A stretch of DNA of 63,999 nt, counting the filler, from Sphacelaria rigidula (taxonomy: Eukaryota): assembly GCA_964200075.2 (NCBI GenBank). It is 3 parts of 3 records of this genome, joined end to end, with 100 filler letters (N's around TTAATTAATTAA, not from the genome) between each part and the next. Parts side by side here need not be neighbours in the genome. Positions count along the whole stretch, not along the records: positions 1 to 21,828 come from CAXNAA020000381.1; 2 more parts are not named here. One strand, given 5' to 3'. The notes under the pieces are model-generated. The model worked only from the letters and a program-made list of their open reading frames with translations, ran no database searches and was not told the origin of the DNA. Positions 1-14,600 of the stretch are shown here, piece after piece. The position numbers were made by a program, and so were the translations under genes. Each line of letters starts with the position of its first letter. The first letter of the stretch is position 1.

Positions 1-1450
1 ATCCCGAAAGGAGTAGACTGGCGCCCAGAATAAATGGGACGACAACACACACACAACACAAATCTCACGAAAACATCATGATACATGGGGTACCTACCGC
101 AACAGTTGACCAACGGTGTGCAGGTATAAACTCATGACATCGCAACTAAACAGGTGCCACGAGACAATCGATTCTTGTTGATACGAAGGGGAAGCATCGC
201 TTCGTGCGTGGTCCAACAGGCGTCGTCTCATTGCCTCGACGTCGGTCACAGAGAGCTTGCCAATGAAATATTCCTCCCGGTTCCGCTGTTGTCTGGCAGC
301 TCCACTCATTTCGACGCCGCCTCAGCGACTCATCGGCGCATGCATGGAGATCATGGATGGACACTCTGTTCAGTGTAATACCAGAGGTACACGGAGTCGA
401 CGATGGGGCGGGTACTTGTACACGTATACGGCCCCGTGTAAGGCCTGGAGGGGCATTTCGGAAGTGAGAGAGTTTCAGGCATTAATCGACCGACCATTCC
501 TGGAAACCTTGAGTTCTAGATTTCTGCTGATTGTCGAGGCCAATGGGATGAAATATACACTGGATTCACTCCACGGCTGAGAGCTTTCATCAAAGCCGCT
601 CCTCGCCTGACTCGGCGAAATCTTGTAAGGGTCGGACGGATGAATTGATGATTTGAGTGTATTTGATTCGCACCATATCACTCAATCCTTGGGCTTTGTT
701 GTCAGCGTTGCAACCCAGGTACACGTGAAATGGCGCAAAAAATACTTGGAGACCTTTCTGCCTGGCGGTCGATTTTTTTCCCCTCGAGCAATCAGGCCTG
801 AAAAATGGTGGATTCGATTATTCGAACCGGCGGTGATTCGTCCGAACCGTGAAATAATCCCCGAGAAACACAAGCCGATGGATGGGCGAGGATTTCCTCT
901 CATCTACGTTTTAACTCTCAATCAAATGCTAGACTCTCAGTGTCGCCAAAATTCTGTTGACCGTCTTAGTAAATATAGCGTCGGTTATCGTCGTACAGAA
1001 GAATGAACATAGAAGCAGTCGACGTGACATTGCACAGCAGTCGACGTAATATTTTACATATCCACATTTTCGCTTCGCGTGGAAATTTTCTCGTGAGCGC
1101 GTCAAATTCCTTCCCCACGATAATGTTATTTGAACTGTTTTTTTTCACTACATACTCTCGTACTTGCCCCTCACTCTACAGGGTAAGGGGGGAGGGCGAG
1201 ACGAGTTCAAGCCCCCGTCTTCTTACAAGCAACCACTTTCAAGTGTGGCTGCACGCTGCAACTGTCGAATGCTCTTCTTGACGTCAACACCACGGACGTA
1301 TTCACGCTGTTCGACGACGCTTTCAGTCACACCAGCACTCATGATAATAACTGCAAGATCGTTCAACATACGCATGAACTATGTTACTTCGTGAATCATC
1401 ACCCCCTCTTCCCCCATCCCCTATCTATGTTGGCAGGATCATTCCGGTTC

Positions 1451-4400
1451 TCAACACAAACCAGCAGCGCCCATTACTTTTCGCACACGTTGCGCCCACG
1501 CGCATGTCCCCCGACACCTGTCCGTCGACGCCGCATGTTTCACTTCACTTGTAGGCAACTGCATTGACGACTCTCCACCGTGAACCTCACACCGCTGTTG
1601 TTTCTCGTGAGTATTTCGATGGCCACGTGAGCCTGTATCGTTGCTCGTTTTCAGTGCGCCATCACAGGGGTCCGCCGGTGGCCATTTCTCCCTTCGCCTG
1701 CGCTCATGGTTTTCAGCCGTTTCCTTGCTCTGGAACGGACCCTGTTCATGTTCGTGCGTCGATGTAGGGGACCGGGCAGCGAGATGTTCTTGGTGTGTTT
1801 GATGGAAGTCTGTCACTTCCACCGTAGCTCTCATCATCATTTTCGCTTCTGAGCCGTTCAATGGGCCGCTTCGTTGATGCTGTCGCCGTCGTCTTTCCAC
1901 CAGACAGCTTTGCCGGTAAAACCGGAGTGCTAAATCTGGTCTTAAGAGCAGTGGGTCGATACATAAACTCGCTTTGCCTTGCTTATTTCCCAGCGTTGTC
2001 AAAGCCGGGGTAGGAGTTAAGTTCAAACCCAAGACGCTGTGACAGGCATTAGCATGCCACACTGCGCTTTGTACGTGACTCCACAGACTGACAAAGCGAC
2101 GGTCCACATCTCCGTCCACCTCCGCCAAGCTTTCGGAGCCGTCTTTTTCCTCGCTTGTATTCCCGAAGCAGACCCAACACTTTGGCTGTTTTGCGGCTTC
2201 TCTAGTCTTTGGTGAGTCATCTTTACGTGCTTCCCCTCTAGCTTTATCCAAGCAAACTGATTTCCCCGCTGCCTCATCACTGCCCCTGACTTGCTTCCGA
2301 CAGCTACCATTGGAATCCTCGCCACCCGTGCTGCCACAGCCGTCTGTTCTGGCAGGTATGGTTCGATGGCCATCTTGCTTGCATGGTCGTTCCTCGAGAG
2401 TTGTTTGCAAACTATAGTCATTCCAACACAAAGATTCGGCGGTATTTCCACCAGGGGCTGTCTTGAGCAAGACTGTATTTCCCTTCCCTGGGTCCTCTCG
2501 AGAAGGGCGGCTAGGTTTGGCCTCATCCGAGAAAAACGCCGGCGACAACGAATGAGCAGGTCGTGTCGCAGCGGCAATGAAGGCTAGAGCGATCTCGTTC
2601 GAGCAGCAGACGAGACGTGTTCCATCATTGAGACTGCAGCGACTCGCGGACTCTTCACCATGAACATGGGGAAACGAAGACGTGGACATCAAGAGCGCAG
2701 CTACCACAGCAACCCCACCAAGACCATGCCTCCCACGCCGTTCTCCTCGACCCTCATCTTTACTTGACCCTGCGCCACTCTCGGTCGCTGTCTTCGCAGA
2801 TCCACCGACGAACAATTGCTCCGCCTACTCCATAGAAGGAACGTACGGGCGGCAAGTGAGCGTGACAAGGGGGGATGGGTTTTGACGTGGCTTATATGTC
2901 ATTAATTAGTGGGTTTTTCGCTGAGTGCGTCGCGAAAGGAACGCCAACAGCAACGTGGGGTTTTATCCATGCTTGGACGCACTTGATGCATTCGAGATAC
3001 TTCTAACATGGCACGTGGGCATGTTTCGATTGATAATATCGGCAAATCGCCACACCGTGTTGCCTTGATTCAAAACAGCGACCAGAGAAAATGCACACCT
3101 CGGCCATTACGAATGCAGTCAGTCGCCGATTATTCCCGTCTTCGAGCCCAAGAACAGACAGGAACAGCTCCCATCGCGCCCTGTCCACGCCCCCGTTGCG
3201 TATGTGCTCGAGCCTTGCTCGTGGAAGCTCGAGCGCAGCTGGTATCTGAAAGAGTTCACGGGAGGGGGAAATAATTATCTCTGTGTTATGAAGAAAAAAC
3301 AAACGATTTCCAGGAAACGGACAATGAGTGTTGCAGAGACCACAAGCAAAATGTATATCAATACCCCGCTGAGAGACGCACGAATGCCCCGCTGAGCGAC
3401 GCACGAGTGCCTCGCTGGTTATCCTTGTATTTTTATTTTACATATATGCTGATATGAGTGGTAGGTGACATCATAAAAGACGCCAGTGACATGGCGCAAG
3501 CACGCACCCGACAATGGACCTGAACGACCTTCACACTCGATCCCGCGCGTCGGAACTCCTTGACCACCCATCGTCCGCCCTGCTGCAGGTCCTGATCATC
3601 GCATTTCATCGTCCCTGCATTCACGGCATCGCCTGCTCCAACATCGTCCATCGCCCGCTGCCCTCCGCTGCCCTCGATCTTAACCTCGATGCCATCCTCC
3701 CTGCACTCCTCTCGTCGAGAGTTTTCTAGCCCGCGAGCAGAAAGATACTTCCCTGAGTTCAGAGACCCCTTCTTCGAATCACCTAATGGATTGCTCCCTC
3801 CTACACCCAGACATGCATCCGTCCTCCCGGTATCGCAATCACCTAGACTCTCTTTTCGTTGCTGAACATCCAGGTCTTGATGACCGGACGAAATCGGCAC
3901 ATTTGGAATCATTCGACCGTCCGCGAGGTCGGGTAACAGTGCCAGACACAGCTCGTACAAACGTTTCCGCACCTCCGCGAAGCTGCCGAAAGCCGAGCCA
4001 TCCAGTGGGCTCATACACTCTCCACCGGCTCCAAGATGACTAGAGCTGCAGTGAAGAGAAATACCGTAATATTGTGTATCTGTGTCTCCCGTTTGCTCAC
4101 TGTCCCATGGCCCCGTTGCACCTCGGCCTTGTTTAGTCCGAGCATTGTGATGATGACTAAGATGCTGATTACGAGGTGTCCTGGTAAATGAAGCATCTTC
4201 TGAGTGGACGGTCGTCGGCGATGGTGGCAGAGATGAGCAGCAAGCTGTCTCTCTCCGGGACCCCTGCGAGTATTGTTGGTGTCTTGTAGTGGCTTGTGCC
4301 GTGTCTTCTTTCACAGGCGCGTCCTCAATAAGCACCCTGACAGGAGTTGGAAACGCCAAACCGCCGTGAACGACTTAGACAGTAAATACATGCGGAAAGC

Positions 4401-7400
4401 AGCACGGTACATTTGCAAAGCATACTCTATAACCCTGTACGTATTACCCTCAGACGCAAATTCGACTGAAGACATGAGGTATGCAGAGTGAGAATCACCA
4501 CCGCCGGCAACGTCCTAGCAGGTGCTGCGTTGATCAACATGGTTCAGAGCCCCAGGGACGGAATAGCCAGAGTTCAACATGTAGGGCCTGTGCAAACTGA
4601 GAAGAAGGATCAAAGGAACTGAGAATGACAGCGAGAGAATCTCCTTGCCAAACGCTCTCGAGAAAAACTTGCCAAGAAAGACACCAAGTCGCCCGAGACA
4701 GCAAGCGGAACGTAGCACGTACTACCGGCGTAGTTGCATGGCCCACAGGCCCAGACAAACTACAGCGATCTTTTCACCTACACCAGAAAACGCCTTCCAA
4801 TACTGCTTGGACAAGTTCCGGCGGAGCTGAGAAACCACCCGGGAACCCCGCTGACGTCGCGGTCTTCGAATCTCCACCACAGCGCTCTGCTAAACGCCTG
4901 TTGGCGGAAATAAAAGGAATCTGCAATAGTTCGCCAGATATACCCACCGCCACGGTCGTCACAATTGGTCAGCAGAGTTGTCCATGTTCGAGAGATTCGA
5001 CTTCTAGGACCGCCTGCGAGGACGCCGTTGCTGAGTGCTCAACAGTACAGCGGAGAACGGAAACATAGGGGGAGAGCTGTCCATCGCCGTCAAAATTACA
5101 TTTATCGGGGAATTCTTAAGGGTGAACACGTATACGACCCTGGGGTGGCAAGCACAAAAACGCACCAACACAGGAGGGAGGTGTATTCATGGTTTTGTTT
5201 ACCGTAGTCATATGGCCATTAACCTCGCATCCCTATGAAGGCGGGTTTTCACCGCACCAGTGGGGGCAACACCAACACAAAGCTCAGATTATTTTTCTCT
5301 GTGTCCGAGAAAGAACAAAGATAATACTTTCACTCCGAAACGGTTGAAACCACCCCGAAAGCGACTACATAGAAAGTGTGAGCAAGCGTTTTCACCTTGT
5401 AGTGCCGCTTTGCCGCTCGAAAGTTCTCGAGGAACGCTTGGTAATCGCTCTTGTCCACTCCAAGATTGTCACCCTCCCGGAGTTCTTTCAAACGTACTTC
5501 CCTTTGGTCTCCATCACCAGCTCCGTCCAGTGTAATCGACACGTGCTTGGTGCTGGACTTTCCTCGCTTTCCTTTCTTGCTTTTCCCTTTCCCTCTCCCA
5601 CCACCACCACCACCCTTGTCATTTTGCTTGTGGAATAGGAGCGAGTGATGGTCGCCAACACTACTCTGTTCGCATGGTGAGATAAAACATGCAGCAGAGG
5701 CAGCGTCGTGCTTTTTCGTGGAATGACTATCTTGACATCGAGAGCTAGAGCAATGGCCAAAAATCCGCAAACACAGAAATTCGTCGAGTAAATCTTCGCC
5801 ACCGCCATCGCTGTTTCCCTCCGTTTCTTTGTCTCTTCGTGCTTTTGCCACAGTCTCCTGTATTTTCGGGTCTACACCTTGTGTCCCGTTCCACTGCCCC
5901 GCCAATTTCACCACCCGGCAACCATCCTGGCTTCGCTGCGACTCGAGTTCGCCGCTTTCCGGGTGTAGGTTGAATCCCTCCGTGTTTTTGTAGATGTCGC
6001 TGTTGTGGTCACGATCGTGGGCACGGATGTCGTGATGAGCCCGCTGCCCCAAACGGCTAGCATCTTTCGCTTCACATTTACTGATGAGGTCCTCGGGTTC
6101 TAAACGTGTACTGCTCTCTTGCTTACGGCGTTGGTCATTGTAGAATTGGGAAAGAAACCGGGCGGTAGCCTCCACGAGGTCTCTGGCTGGAGGTGGAGAG
6201 GCAACATTGTTTGAGTTGGAGCCTCTTGTTCCTTTTCGCCGTTTATTGGGCTCGCTGCGCCGGCCGGTGAAGTTGCTGTTCTTGGTGGAGATATTGCGGC
6301 TGCTGCGGCCATTGTGCATGCTGTTGGTGTTGGTTTTGCTATTGCTCTTAGTGTTGGAACCGTGTTCGGCTCTTCCGCCCATGACGATACTGTAAGGTGC
6401 AAGAGGCAGCATGGAACACAAACACAAACCGAAAGACAGACATTATAATAATCACCTACACGTTCACAGCACATCGGTTACGACAAACGCACGAGGACGT
6501 GATGAAAATGCAAATCGCAGTCAAGACACCGGCGCAAGAGGCAGATGCACGAAACTACGAATTCCTGCGATGAACTCATACATCCGAAAATCCAAAGAAC
6601 ACTACAGCACAGGTGGAAACGTAACCGAATACAAGGGTGGCGAGCAGTCACTCGAAAATCAACATAATTCCTAATCATGGCCACAACCTAATGCAGGATG
6701 CTGCTCTTGTTCACCAACCGATCGGTATTACCGTTGGCATGGTCAATTTGGGGCGGAGTAACCCCACGCAGCGTCCCAACCACGAGTTTCTGAAATCCCT
6801 GTGCTGACTTTTGTGGCATAACCCAGCTTTGCCTACCTACCTACGTTCACTATGAAACCATGCAAAGGCGTCTTGGTATTAGCACTCAACAGTAGGTGAG
6901 ATTCTTGTGGTGCCAGCCTTCGAGTACCTGCGAATGGGTACGATGTAGTTGGAGTTGCCGAACATATTCTGGCTTCTCCCGAAATGACGCGTGTGATGAG
7001 AAAATAATACTACGGAGTATATTTTCAGGGCGCTTCCGTCTGCCACATCCTATATTTAGTCGTCAGCCAAAGTTCTTTCGCTGGTGCAACTCAGGAGGTT
7101 GTTCGACACAAAGCAAAGCAATTCGGGCAAGGTTCCTCTTCGTACTTAACGAGAACCATCACAAACTTGCTCACTCCAGCATTGGGGCCGTTTTGTGCGT
7201 ACATATTTTTAGTACAAGACCGGTAAAAATGTGCCACGACCTTGTCAGGATCTGCAACGAAATTCAAACTTTGCCCAGATTCGCCGTGGAACAAGAAGTC
7301 ACAAGACGTATATTTTCTCTTGAGTGATGCTACGGTGGGGGTTGCACTTTTCGAGAAAACATGTTTCTCGGAGTGTTGGACGGATCATTTTCAGAATCGG

Positions 7401-8578
7401 CATCATTTTCACTTGGAAAAGACTGAAAATGATGCCGATTCACGAAAAGGCCCCTGTGTGCATCTCCATGTCCTGTCCCCGGAGATTTGGGTTGCACAGT
7501 AAGCCACATATATTTGGGCTCCTACAAAAACGAGACCCAGAAACCAAAAGTGCAACCCCTGTCGTAGCATTGCTCTCTTGCAACAGAGCGGAAATATACC
7601 ATGAGTACACCACGTCCGACATTGCGAGACTGGCATGACTTTTTGTGGGGAACATTACATGTGCCGATTTCTTGTTAATCAGCATTTTTCCTCAGCGGAT
7701 ATCACCCTGCACATCAGCGCGGATGCGAGAAGTTCCACGGGAATCACTGCCGCATCAACGCTGCGTGAACTATAGTTTCCAAGTCCACGATCGACCCAAC
7801 GCCGAGCTATCGTTGAATATGCAGCTGCTCGAAAGCGGAGGTCGTGAAAGCTCTGCTGTACTTCGACAGTCTGCGCATTACCCACCACAAACGTTTGTTG
7901 CGAGTGGTTGTATCCCGAAGGAAATATCGAGCGGGCTACAAGACTTTTTCGTACAGAGTTGTGCTCGAGATGATCAACCGCGAAGGTATCGAGACGACCA
8001 CCCGCACGCGTCAACTCTGGTTCGCGGGGGGCCCTTTCAGGCAACACAAAATACGCCTTCCATGACGCTTATCCTTGGACGGTTAGCCGCACAAGGGCCC
8101 AAGGAGGCTGGCCGCTCCCGCAACACTGGGGGAACAACCTCCAGGTAGCCTGTGTGTACTAGGGACCCTTCCACGCAAAGGAGCAGAATGGAAATGGTTC
8201 ATCTACGGTGTGCAGGTTAACGACGCCTACGACTGGGTCACCGCGGCGACGAACATCGGCAAAAAGACCCCTCAGAGTCGAGAAAGGGGCGTAAGAGTTC
8301 GAGGACACGTGGCGACGGAAAGACAAACGCGAATCGGACCTCCGCCACAAATGAGAGGCGGTTGAGAGCCACCAACTGTTGAGCTGTCACCGCTGACACA
8401 AGAGCAGGAACAACTTGCGAGCAATCCAGAATGGAAATGTCCGAGAGAATGACCCGCTCCGTACCCGACTAGGGATGACTGGGGAAAGACGGGCTATCAC
8501 ACGGAAACTGATATACCCTTATATTTCCTATCGAGTGTTGCTTTCGTCCTTCGTCGGTGGTCGTGCGGTGTCCCTCGA

Positions 8579-8636
<58 letters not shown>

Positions 8637-11600
8637 GTACCTGCTCTATTCTACCGGTTCCCTGGTTCTGATCACGTCTGTAGCCTGCTTCTTCTCTGTT
8701 CTTCTTTCTCTCCCTGTCTCCTTCGCTCTCGATGTATTTCGTTTCTCACGGTGTATGCAAGTTGCAGTTTGGTGCCTCGCTTCCGTAGGGTTCATGGGTG
8801 AGAGCTCATACCCGAACAAGTGTAGCCCAAGTAGATGGGCCACAACCTGTCTTCACGGCTTCTTGTATTATTTCTTTTTCCGATTGGGTATGAATGCGTG
8901 CGTTGTTGCGTATGACCTTTTCCACCTGAAGCGATGTTACAGAGGCCGGCAATTTCTAGCTGCTCTTTTGTGTCTTCGATTTCTACTTCGTTTGTTTTCA
9001 GTCTACTCTTTGCGTCTGTTCCTCCTTTCGTTTTACTTTTCTCGACATTTTTTCAGCGAGTATTTCTCTTTTTGTTTTGTCTCGGGTACGTCAGTCATGT
9101 GACCACGGCTGGATCCCTGAAGGATCGGCTAATGTGCGACAATAAATTAATCAATCAATCGGTCCTGTCTCCAAACGATGTCAGGTGTCCGTGTGATGTG
9201 ATTTGTGACCGAGTAGTAAGACAGGAAAATAGAGTACAATGGAGTGCAGCAAAGCACGATACTGTGAACACTGTGTGTGAGCGATGTGCGTGATTCTCCA
9301 AACATTGTGGAGATGAAGAGGGGATGAAATGCAAGCGAGCTGCGTGCGTGAGGGGCTGCAACACGAGGCTAGAATCTGTACACGCCCCGCGGTTCGTTCA
9401 AGTGCTAGGTTTGCAGCAAGCAGTACACAATATAAAGCAGGATTGTGCTGCTGGTGAGACACCATATGCGCGTGACAGAGGCCTTCAGGGCTGAAAGTTC
9501 AGCCAGCTGGCAATCTGCTGCCGATCTTGTAGACCAGTTCAATAGTTCCTAACCGATGTGTCAGAATGCTGCACAATGTTGTTTTTGCGAGACACAACAC
9601 AGATTGACCATTTCAACAGTGAGACCACCCGACAACGGCTATTGAATCGCCATGCGGCCAACGTGTCTGCACATTCCCATGTCAATACGTGTGGGTAGGT
9701 GAGCCGCTTGAACTTGTTTCACATATCGGACTGCTATCGATTGAGGACAGTTGGCAAGACATCACGATTCACGAGGCTGTCTACACTGGAATCAAATGCC
9801 AATTTGGCAATTCCGTGTGATTCCATAATGGACTTGAGAAGCCATAATAAGCACGCCTCACCTATGAACGCGGTCGTCTGCTTGAATCCAATCGTTCCCG
9901 ATAAGGCAAGCCAAATCCGGCAAGCGGTCCGCCGGTAGGCCAAGCCTGGCTGTTAGATTCCGAGAAAAAGCAGAGGCAAACATATATCACGGTGAGACAA
10001 GCACTAAATGATGAGCGGGGGATATATCATGAATACAGCATTGGCGAACGTGACATTATGGCATTGTCGGCTGTATATTGCTTGAAAGGTGAATCTGCAT
10101 ATGTACACAAATACACCGCTCAGTATACTTGGGTGACTTCACCCCAACCATCGAGTTTACGCTCAAACCTGCAAAATACGTTCAGATACTCCAGGAGAAG
10201 CGCAAATTGTATACACGGAAAAAAAAAGGATACTGGGGACAGAAGCGTGTGGCTTATAATCTAAGCTAAACAACAGCATCTTCATACAAAAATCAACGCA
10301 TTACACCAGAAAATCCTAATTTGACTTCGGGGAAAACACAACCTCACGTCATGCCATTTCCTCTTTTTCCCTCCGACGGGTTTCTGCCGTGGAAAGCTCG
10401 AGCGTCAACGAAAAAAATGACGAGAGACGATGGGCTGAGACAGTGCTGATCCGATGTTCGATAATAAGCCGCAAGGCAGGTCATGAGGGAGGGAGGTTGG
10501 TTGATTTCCTGAGACACGGGGACTCGTCCCGAGAAGCAGAGGAAAAGCGCAAGACAAAACATGAAAAAATATAACGTGGTGCCAAGTACAACCCGCTTGT
10601 GCAGGCGAGACAGAAACTCTCGGATGGGTCACAGGCAGAGCTGATCAAAAGCTGATCATCGAACAACAAACAGCGTTCACTTCAAACATCTAGCAAAGGT
10701 AAGAGATCACAAGTTGACCTGCACGTGGCGTCTGATATGTCACAGCGCGATGTGCGGCGTGTAGCCCTTGTGCGAAATACCCACATGCAAGTTTGGGTCG
10801 GCGGAAGACGAGGGCACCGGCAGAGCCGTCTCCTCCAAGCCCAAGGGCCCAAAATGGAATGTATCTGCTCGTTGATCGGTGTGAATTACAGGAAGCAAGC
10901 ACAGTGCAGCAATGAAGGAACGGCGAACGGCGAAAAATACAACTGCGGGCATGTGAAACACATCAAGATAAAGCATATCAAGGTTTGCTGACATCACAAG
11001 CGATATGGGCAAAACAAATGACCATTTTTCCGTGCGGGTGAACAGGTGAAAACAGGCGCGCTTCATCTACGCTTTGAGGACAAGCTCACCAAACCCTCAA
11101 GGAAACAGTCAAAATCAATTCCCGAACTCCAAGACAATCATGTTTGAGCTGTGGATAACGGCGGAATGCTCTAGGTACAGGTGCTCCAGTAGGTAATCTC
11201 ACCGAAAAGGAAGTACCGTTAGATTCATACCAGGTGCGCGTCGACACCGCCGATTATCATCTCCACGTTCGAATCGAGCGATATATCCTTGCGTGCCATT
11301 TGGGTTGAAAACCCGCGTTTTGGTTCAAAAGACGTGCGGTTTTCTCAACAAATAAACATGCCCCACGACCTCAAAACCTCGGCCGGATAATATGATAAAA
11401 TGTTAGGTGATATGGTCCATGAAACCCGGAAAAATATGTCCAGAATGTTGCTTCTGTATATATAAGAAAACGCTAGGGTATGTTTCAGCACAGAAATAAG
11501 AACGGATTACATGCATGGGCTCCAACTCTACAATCATGTTGAATACAAACAAATAAAAAAAGGAAAGCACAGCCGAGGAAGTACCTCATCATTCACACCA

Positions 11601-14600
11601 AGGGTATATGCCTACGGCACATATGACAAGAAGTCCACAAGTGATACCATTTTTTGTCGGAGTTTCTTCGCGGTGTGTGTCTCGGTGTTGAAACTCTTAA
11701 CTGTTCAGGCAAAAAAGATGCGTTCCACACAGGGCACGACAAACGGCAAGCATCAAGTGCCTCTGAAATCACCAAGACAGACTTTTCTGACGGGGCAGAG
11801 AGGGCACGTGCATATCCTCCTGGCAACCGCGAGTTGCACGATTGTACTACGAATCTTCGCACTCAGTGTTCCACGCGTTACATGGAGAGATGCTAATAAG
11901 CTGCTCCTCGATATTGAGCTATCCGCAGTGGGGGATGCAGCACAATACTGTCTTCATGATATTGCCTCACTTCGCTTCGAAGCGCAATGCTGCGACAACG
12001 GGAAGTTAGTATGTGGATTCCGAAAACGATCAGACAAATGCTGGCGGTGTTGGGGGGGTGAACTCAAGACGAGACCTGTACGGTGCAAGGAAATCACTAT
12101 TATTTTTCCCTCGCCGTCTTCGACGTACAGTTGAATTGAGTACGTGCGCACATGTCCATCACGATTGACAATACTTCGTATTCCGCCGTACATGTCTTCC
12201 GTTTTGCAGCACTTCTGACCACTCACCCGCGTATGTCCATGACGAGAAAATCACTGTCGTTGGAGAGCACAGCATCGCAGCTGCCAACCCAATCCTCATC
12301 ACCTTCATCAATCCCACCCTGCCCACCTAGGCGCCCCATGACATCAGGTCTGCTTGTCCCTCCATGACCTTTTTTATTCTCTCGATTGGAGAACGACTGA
12401 CACGCGGCGGCCAATTCCGGATCTGCTTCTCGAACTGCCACTCTACGACGGGACGGAAGAAACAGGAAAACGAAACGGGAGAACGCCGAAAAGGGATTAG
12501 ACCAACGAGGCCTTCGAAACATAAGACGCGGAGTGTTCTGTGGCAGCTCGAAGGCTCAGGTCATCAACTCGACCTGACGGGACGTTCTGCCACCTCCTCT
12601 CCTCATATTACATTTTTTGAGGGTAGGAGCAACTGCGGAGGCGTCAACAAAAATGGCCTTGCAGCGTTGCTGGTGGTAAGGCCGTCGAACGGGCAGCCGC
12701 ACACGGACTCTCCCCACTCGTGACACGACGTACTGCGGTCGTCATTCATAGCTACGTCCTATTTCATTCCGAAAATAATAAAGAGTTCATCGCGTTTTTG
12801 CTTCGCTGTCCGTGCCGCGTTTTCTGACCGCACAGACTTACGGGAGAGGTGAGCAGCATGGCGGGAGAAAACCCCCGTAAGTTTGGAAGCACGCTCTGAA
12901 ATAAACATGGCGGCAAGGAAGAAGTTGCTGGAGCCGTTTGGAAGCTCGAGATTGCAGCTATCCAACGATGTGCGTCTTGCTTTTCATTGTTAAGCTTTGT
13001 GCTCGTGGCGAGTAGATGAAAAAACACACGGCGAGTTGTCCGCGCTCGCATGTTATATTGAAAACGGTCTTTCCGTAAGAAGTACGCAGGACCAGCCCCA
13101 CTGGAAAGCCTGGATGCACCTCGAGCAAACATTTGCTTGTTCGGTGTCATTTTCCGTCGCAGCGGCTCGTGAGTATTGGCAAGTAATGGTAGTTGAAAAC
13201 ATGAAATCGGGGGAACTTGACTGCTGCGGCTGCTGCTACTGCTGCTGACGCTGTTTCAGCTCCATGCTGAAATGTCAGATGGTTGTTCACCACTCAAACC
13301 TTTCGGTTCCTTTGGAATGAAAGTTGGGGCCTCGACGGCCCCATACATGTTGGAAAATGGTCAGATACACCGGCAGGTGTCGGGATATTGTCGTACTTCA
13401 GACTTTCCATAGGGAAGTATGCGACAAAATTTTCTTGTGACAGTCCCTACAGTGAAATGTACTCGTACTCAAGGCGTGTTGGGAGAGCTGCCTTATTGGA
13501 ACATGCTGCCGAGTTATTTTTGATGGCATGAGAGCAGGCGCGGAGAATATTCAATACATGATAACAGGATAACTCATGGAGTGCACGCAGCCCAGGCTCG
13601 GTTACTTCTTTAACGTCCCCTACTTTGCTCTTCTCTACCTCTCGAGCTATGGATAGCTCTTATCATCCCCACCAAAGAACAACGGATGTGAGAGAATAGG
13701 TGACTGTTCCTTTGATCAGTCAATGTAGAGAACAGGCTAGCGTTTGATGCAATCGACTGCAGCTTGATCACCAGGGGAGCGATGGCTGCGTCTTGGAACT
13801 GAACAGCGGAGAGTACTCCTGCCATTTGGGAGAGGAAATGGGCCAACTTCGCAGCATCGGCGCAAGGTGCATGGCATGGTTCGCACGCTGCAAAACGACT
13901 GGATATGAACATCGACGGCACAGCGGGGAGACAGCTGTCAGAACTTGACAGCGGGGAATCCTCTGACCTCGATGATGCGCTGGAAATATTAAGTAGAGCT
14001 AATTCTTTGGGTGTAGCGCAGGCATCACTGACGCCAGGGACAGTACAGTGCATTGGCAACCCTTCTGCTCCAGACGGGATCAGCGAGTATTCAGCCCCGG
14101 GTTACACCCGCCAGCGGCTGATTTGATTGATTGATTTGTTTGTTTGATTGTCACACTTTAACTGACTCCCAAAGGGTCCAGCCGTGGTCGCATGATAGGC
14201 GTACCCAAGAAAAGCGAAACTGAACTGCAATAGCTGAATAGCAGGTCTTGTTACGGGACTTCGCGACGGGAACGTTCCCGTGATATTTTGCAGTCCCGTC
14301 CCGTCTTGTCCAGTACTCACGGGAGTACGTATGTAACCCACCCGAAACAAGCGGGATGAGACCTAAATGCAGCGCAGCGATGCTATCACACGTTCGCGAA
14401 GAAACAACGAACGGCTCGAAGGTACAAAACCCCAAAATAGCCGGTTGGTCTACTCGAAAAAGCGACGAAGAAACAGTCCCGTTCCGTCCGATACCGTCCG
14501 ATACCGTCCCAAAGTCCCGTGACACGTCTTGGTTACGATAGTTGTGCCCGTTCACTCACCCATGTGAAATGTCAGCATGGGCTGAGGGAACGGTCGGAGG

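Noticed and set aside
94..309. Possible exon on the minus strand at the window start
   Set aside because: It has a donor-like end but no recognisable domain and an in-frame stop just upstream, so I cannot support it.
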